DNA of 64,000 bases from Candidatus Omnitrophota bacterium (lineage in GTDB: Bacteria > Omnitrophota > Gorgyraeia > Ghiorseimicrobiales > Ghiorseimicrobiaceae): positions 364 through 64,363 of the forward strand of contig JAUXSB010000055.1 in NCBI GenBank assembly GCA_030681595.1, given 5' to 3'. This document shows positions 62,149-64,000 of this stretch, in pieces. Made by a program: the position numbers and the translations under genes. Positions within the stretch are counted from its first letter, which is position 1. Every line of letters starts with the position of its first letter. The notes beneath the pieces are model-generated. The model made no database searches and was not told the origin of the DNA. It saw nothing but the letters and a program-made list of their open reading frames with translations.

Positions 62149-63008
62149 TGCTTAAACAGGTATGCAATCGCAAAGTATTTGCTTTGGTTGTGCGGCGTTT
62201 TGAAGACATTTTTCATTCGTTTTATGTAACGGAAGTAATAAGAGGCGCTTCGTATTCAGCAAGCAGGCTCAAGGTAGATTTACTCATTCATATTACCGAA
62301 AAGACCGTCCATGCGGATTGGTTGACCGCGCCGAGTTTAAACCTTGATTGTATTGATGGAATTTTATTTGCCGATATTGACTCAGATGTTAAAACCCTGA
62401 AAAAAGTAGTAGAGAAAAAAATCCCCTGTTTGGTAATGAATAATTACCTTAAGGAGCCGATTAATTGTATTGCTATAGATAATAAGGGTGCTGCCGTAGA
62501 AGTAGTAAATTACTTAGCCGGTTTGGGGCATAAAAAAATTGCTACTATTACCGGTGATTTAAGTACGCAGGCAGGGATTGACAGGCTGGAGGGCTATAAA
62601 GTAGCCTTAACTCAACATAAGATTGCCGTGAACGCAAACTATATACGCACGGGAAATTTCTTGCGTACGCCGGCGCATCAGGCAGCCCAGACTTTGCTTA
62701 CTTTAAGAGAGCGGCCAAGCGCGATTTTCGCAGCATCCGATATCATGGCGTTAGAGGTAATCAGTGTTGCCAAAGAAAAAAAGATTAAGGTTCCGCAGGA
62801 TTTGTCCGTGGTCGGTTTTGACGATAATCCTTTAGCTGAATACAGTTCAGTGGGGCTGACCACGGTAAGGCAACCCATTACTGAAATGGGCAGGCTGGCA
62901 GTGGAAAATCTTTATAACATTGTTACGGGAAAGACAAGAGACCTCCCGGTTAAGATTCTTCTTCCGACAGAATTAATTCAGAGAAAAAGTTGCGAAAGGA
63001 GAGATTAG
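62148..63008 (+). CDS. LacI/PurR-type periplasmic-binding-fold (ligand-binding) domain protein lacking the N-terminal HTH.
   Basis: 'IAIDNKGAAVEVVNYLAGLGHKKIATITGDL...GYKVAL', 'AIFAASDIMALEVISVAKEKKIKVPQDLSVVGFDD'. No HTH_LacI motif at the N-terminus. Start overlaps the sigma factor stop (taATG). Confidence 0.6.
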   Translation: MLKQVCNRKVFALVVRRFEDIFHSFYVTEVIRGASYSASRLKVDLLIHITEKTVHADWLTAPSLNLDCIDGILFADIDSDVKTLKKVVEKKIPCLVMNNYLKEPINCIAIDNKGAAVEVVNYLAGLGHKKIATITGDLSTQAGIDRLEGYKVALTQHKIAVNANYIRTGNFLRTPAHQAAQTLLTLRERPSAIFAASDIMALEVISVAKEKKIKVPQDLSVVGFDDNPLAEYSSVGLTTVRQPITEMGRLAVENLYNIVTGKTRDLPVKILLPTELIQRKSCERRD

Positions 63009-63529
63009 TGACTGTAAAGCAATTAGAAAAAGCTATCCGCGCAATTCCTGATTTTCCCAAAAAAGGCATATTATTCCGCGATATCACCACGCTTTTAAAA
63101 GATAAAAAAGCTTTTCGTACTTCCATAGACCTTATTTCCAGGCCGTATCAGAATAAAAAAATAGACGCCGTTGTTGCGGTAGAATCGCGGGGTTTTATTT
63201 TCGGCTCAGCCATTGCTTATAAACTAAAATGCGGATTTATCCCGGTAAGAAAAAAAGGCAAGCTCCCCTATAAGACCCGTAGTGTTACATATGAATTAGA
63301 GTACGGTACTGATACTTTAGAAATCCATCAGGATGCCATAGCTCGCGGCGCGCGGATTTTAATTGTCGATGATCTTTTGGCTACAGGCGGAACAGTTAGG
63401 GCAGTGACAGAGTTAGTTAAGCAATTAGAGGGTAGAATTGTCGGCATTGCTTTTCTCATTGAGCTTTCCGCTTTATCCGGCCGTAATAAACTTAAAGGCC
63501 TGCCGATCCATTCGTTGATTAAATATTAA
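63008..63529 (+). CDS. apt: Adenine phosphoribosyltransferase. GTG start at 63008 behind the RBS 'aaaggagag'.
   Basis: 'DFPKKGILFRDITTLL', PRPP motif 'ILIVDDLLATGGT'. About 174 aa from the GTG. Confidence 0.85.
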   Translation: MTVKQLEKAIRAIPDFPKKGILFRDITTLLKDKKAFRTSIDLISRPYQNKKIDAVVAVESRGFIFGSAIAYKLKCGFIPVRKKGKLPYKTRSVTYELEYGTDTLEIHQDAIARGARILIVDDLLATGGTVRAVTELVKQLEGRIVGIAFLIELSALSGRNKLKGLPIHSLIKY

Positions 63530-63542
63530 ATTTTTTTATCTT

Positions 63543-63616
63543 GCGCCTGTAGCTCAGTTGGATAGAGCGTCCGCCTCCTAAGTGGAAGGTCCCCGGTTCA
63601 ACTCCGGGCAGGCGCG
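63543..63616 (+). tRNA. tRNA-Arg (anticodon CCU).
   Basis: Folded by eye. Acceptor gcgcctg/caggcgc. D-arm gctc-agttggat-agagc. Anticodon stem tccgc/gtgga with loop 'ctCCTaa'. T-arm cccgg-ttcaact-ccggg. Discriminator g. No encoded CCA. Confidence 0.85.
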
Positions 63617-63693
63617 TATTAGAAATTAAAAATGAAAAGTGAAAAATTAAAAATTAAATATAGATACATCGCGAGTCAAGAGGAGAACCGAAG

Positions 63694-64000
63694 ATGAAGG
63701 TAAAAGTTTTTTTTGTATTTCTATCTACCTTATTTTTTCTTAACAATGGAGCGAATGCAATGGCTGAAAAAATCGTAGTTTTAGAAACCAATCAAGGAAA
63801 TATTGAAGTAAGGCTTATGCTGGATGCAGCTCCCAAGGCCTGTGAGAATTTTATCGGCTTGGTGGAGAAGGGGTATTATAATGGTATAATCTTTCACCGC
63901 GTAATAAAGAAATTTATGATTCAGGGAGGAGATCCTACCGGAACCGGCAGAGGTGGAGAATCTCTCTGGGGTAAGCCTTTTGAAGATGAGCTGAAGGAAA
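63694..64000 (+). CDS. Peptidyl-prolyl cis-trans isomerase (cyclophilin type) with a signal peptide; 3'-truncated at the window end.
   Basis: RBS 'aggaga'. '[22 protein letters not shown]' signal. '[29 protein letters not shown]' cyclophilin signature. Confidence 0.8.
   Translation, partial: MKVKVFFVFLSTLFFLNNGANAMAEKIVVLETNQGNIEVRLMLDAAPKACENFIGLVEKGYYNGIIFHRVIKKFMIQGGDPTGTGRGGESLWGKPFEDELKE

Noticed and set aside
1-64000. CRISPR arrays, rRNA genes, prophage or integrase genes, IS transposases.
   Set aside because: No regularly spaced direct repeats with unique spacers, no rRNA-like sequence, and no integrase or transposase-like ORF. The only mobile-looking DNA consists of non-autonomous miniature repeats.

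Overview
A 64-kb, low-GC, almost entirely plus-strand bacterial segment of diderm (Gram-negative-like) type; the only convincing minus-strand gene is 48531..50213. Gene content in order, all assigned by eye from recognisable protein motifs: (i) a 5'-truncated coiled-coil gene. (ii) A type II secretion / type IV pilus-like cluster: secretin, GspF/PilC, GspG-like pseudopilin, three minor pseudopilins, GspE/PilB ATPase. (iii) A NapH-like polyferredoxin, a spermidine-synthase-like polytopic protein and an AmmeMemoRadiSam-type radical SAM enzyme. (iv) A complete siroheme-dependent (alternative, Ahb-type) heme biosynthesis cluster: sirC, hemX-like, hemA, hemC, cobA-hemD fusion, two NirJ-like radical SAM enzymes, hemB, two ahbA/B-type genes, hemL. 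(v) A roughly 20-kb c-type cytochrome island. It holds an NrfH-like membrane cytochrome, two giant multiheme cytochromes fused to a cytochrome-b membrane domain (11 and ~19 CxxCH), a tetraheme cytochrome, ResB/CcsA maturation genes, a decaheme cytochrome, an NHL-repeat protein, three tandem paralogous ~10-heme cytochromes, and a ~13-heme cytochrome / 599-aa outer-membrane beta-barrel / 11-heme cytochrome triplet that looks like a porin-cytochrome electron conduit. (vi) A CsgG-like lipoprotein, a small cytochrome and a HAMP-domain protein. (vii) Two paralogous TPR-membrane (PMT-like) genes placed convergently around an RcnA-like gene, followed by a GT2 (polyprenol-P-mannose-synthase-like) gene. 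(viii) Housekeeping genes: ybaB, mgtE, gltD-like, panB, an ACT-domain gene, glyQS, ppdK, a sigma-70 family factor, a LacI-type ligand-binding protein without HTH, apt, tRNA-Arg(CCU) and a 3'-partial cyclophilin. The window also carries several families of miniature repeats. The most striking is a ~120-bp TIR-bounded element with five copies that overlap the hemX stop, the hemA C-terminus, an in-frame 45-aa insertion in hemC and the interior of a cytochrome gene. The others are a heptanucleotide (AACCAGA)n repeat found inside hemB and a cytochrome gene, and palindromic 5'-leader elements that sit directly before the Shine-Dalgarno sequence of at least five genes. Taken together, the candidate novel system is an extracellular-electron-transfer island in an uncultivated-looking lineage: secretion system, Ahb heme synthesis, Ccs maturation, cytochrome-b-fused quinol-oxidoreductase-like cytochromes, periplasmic cytochromes and a porin-cytochrome conduit.
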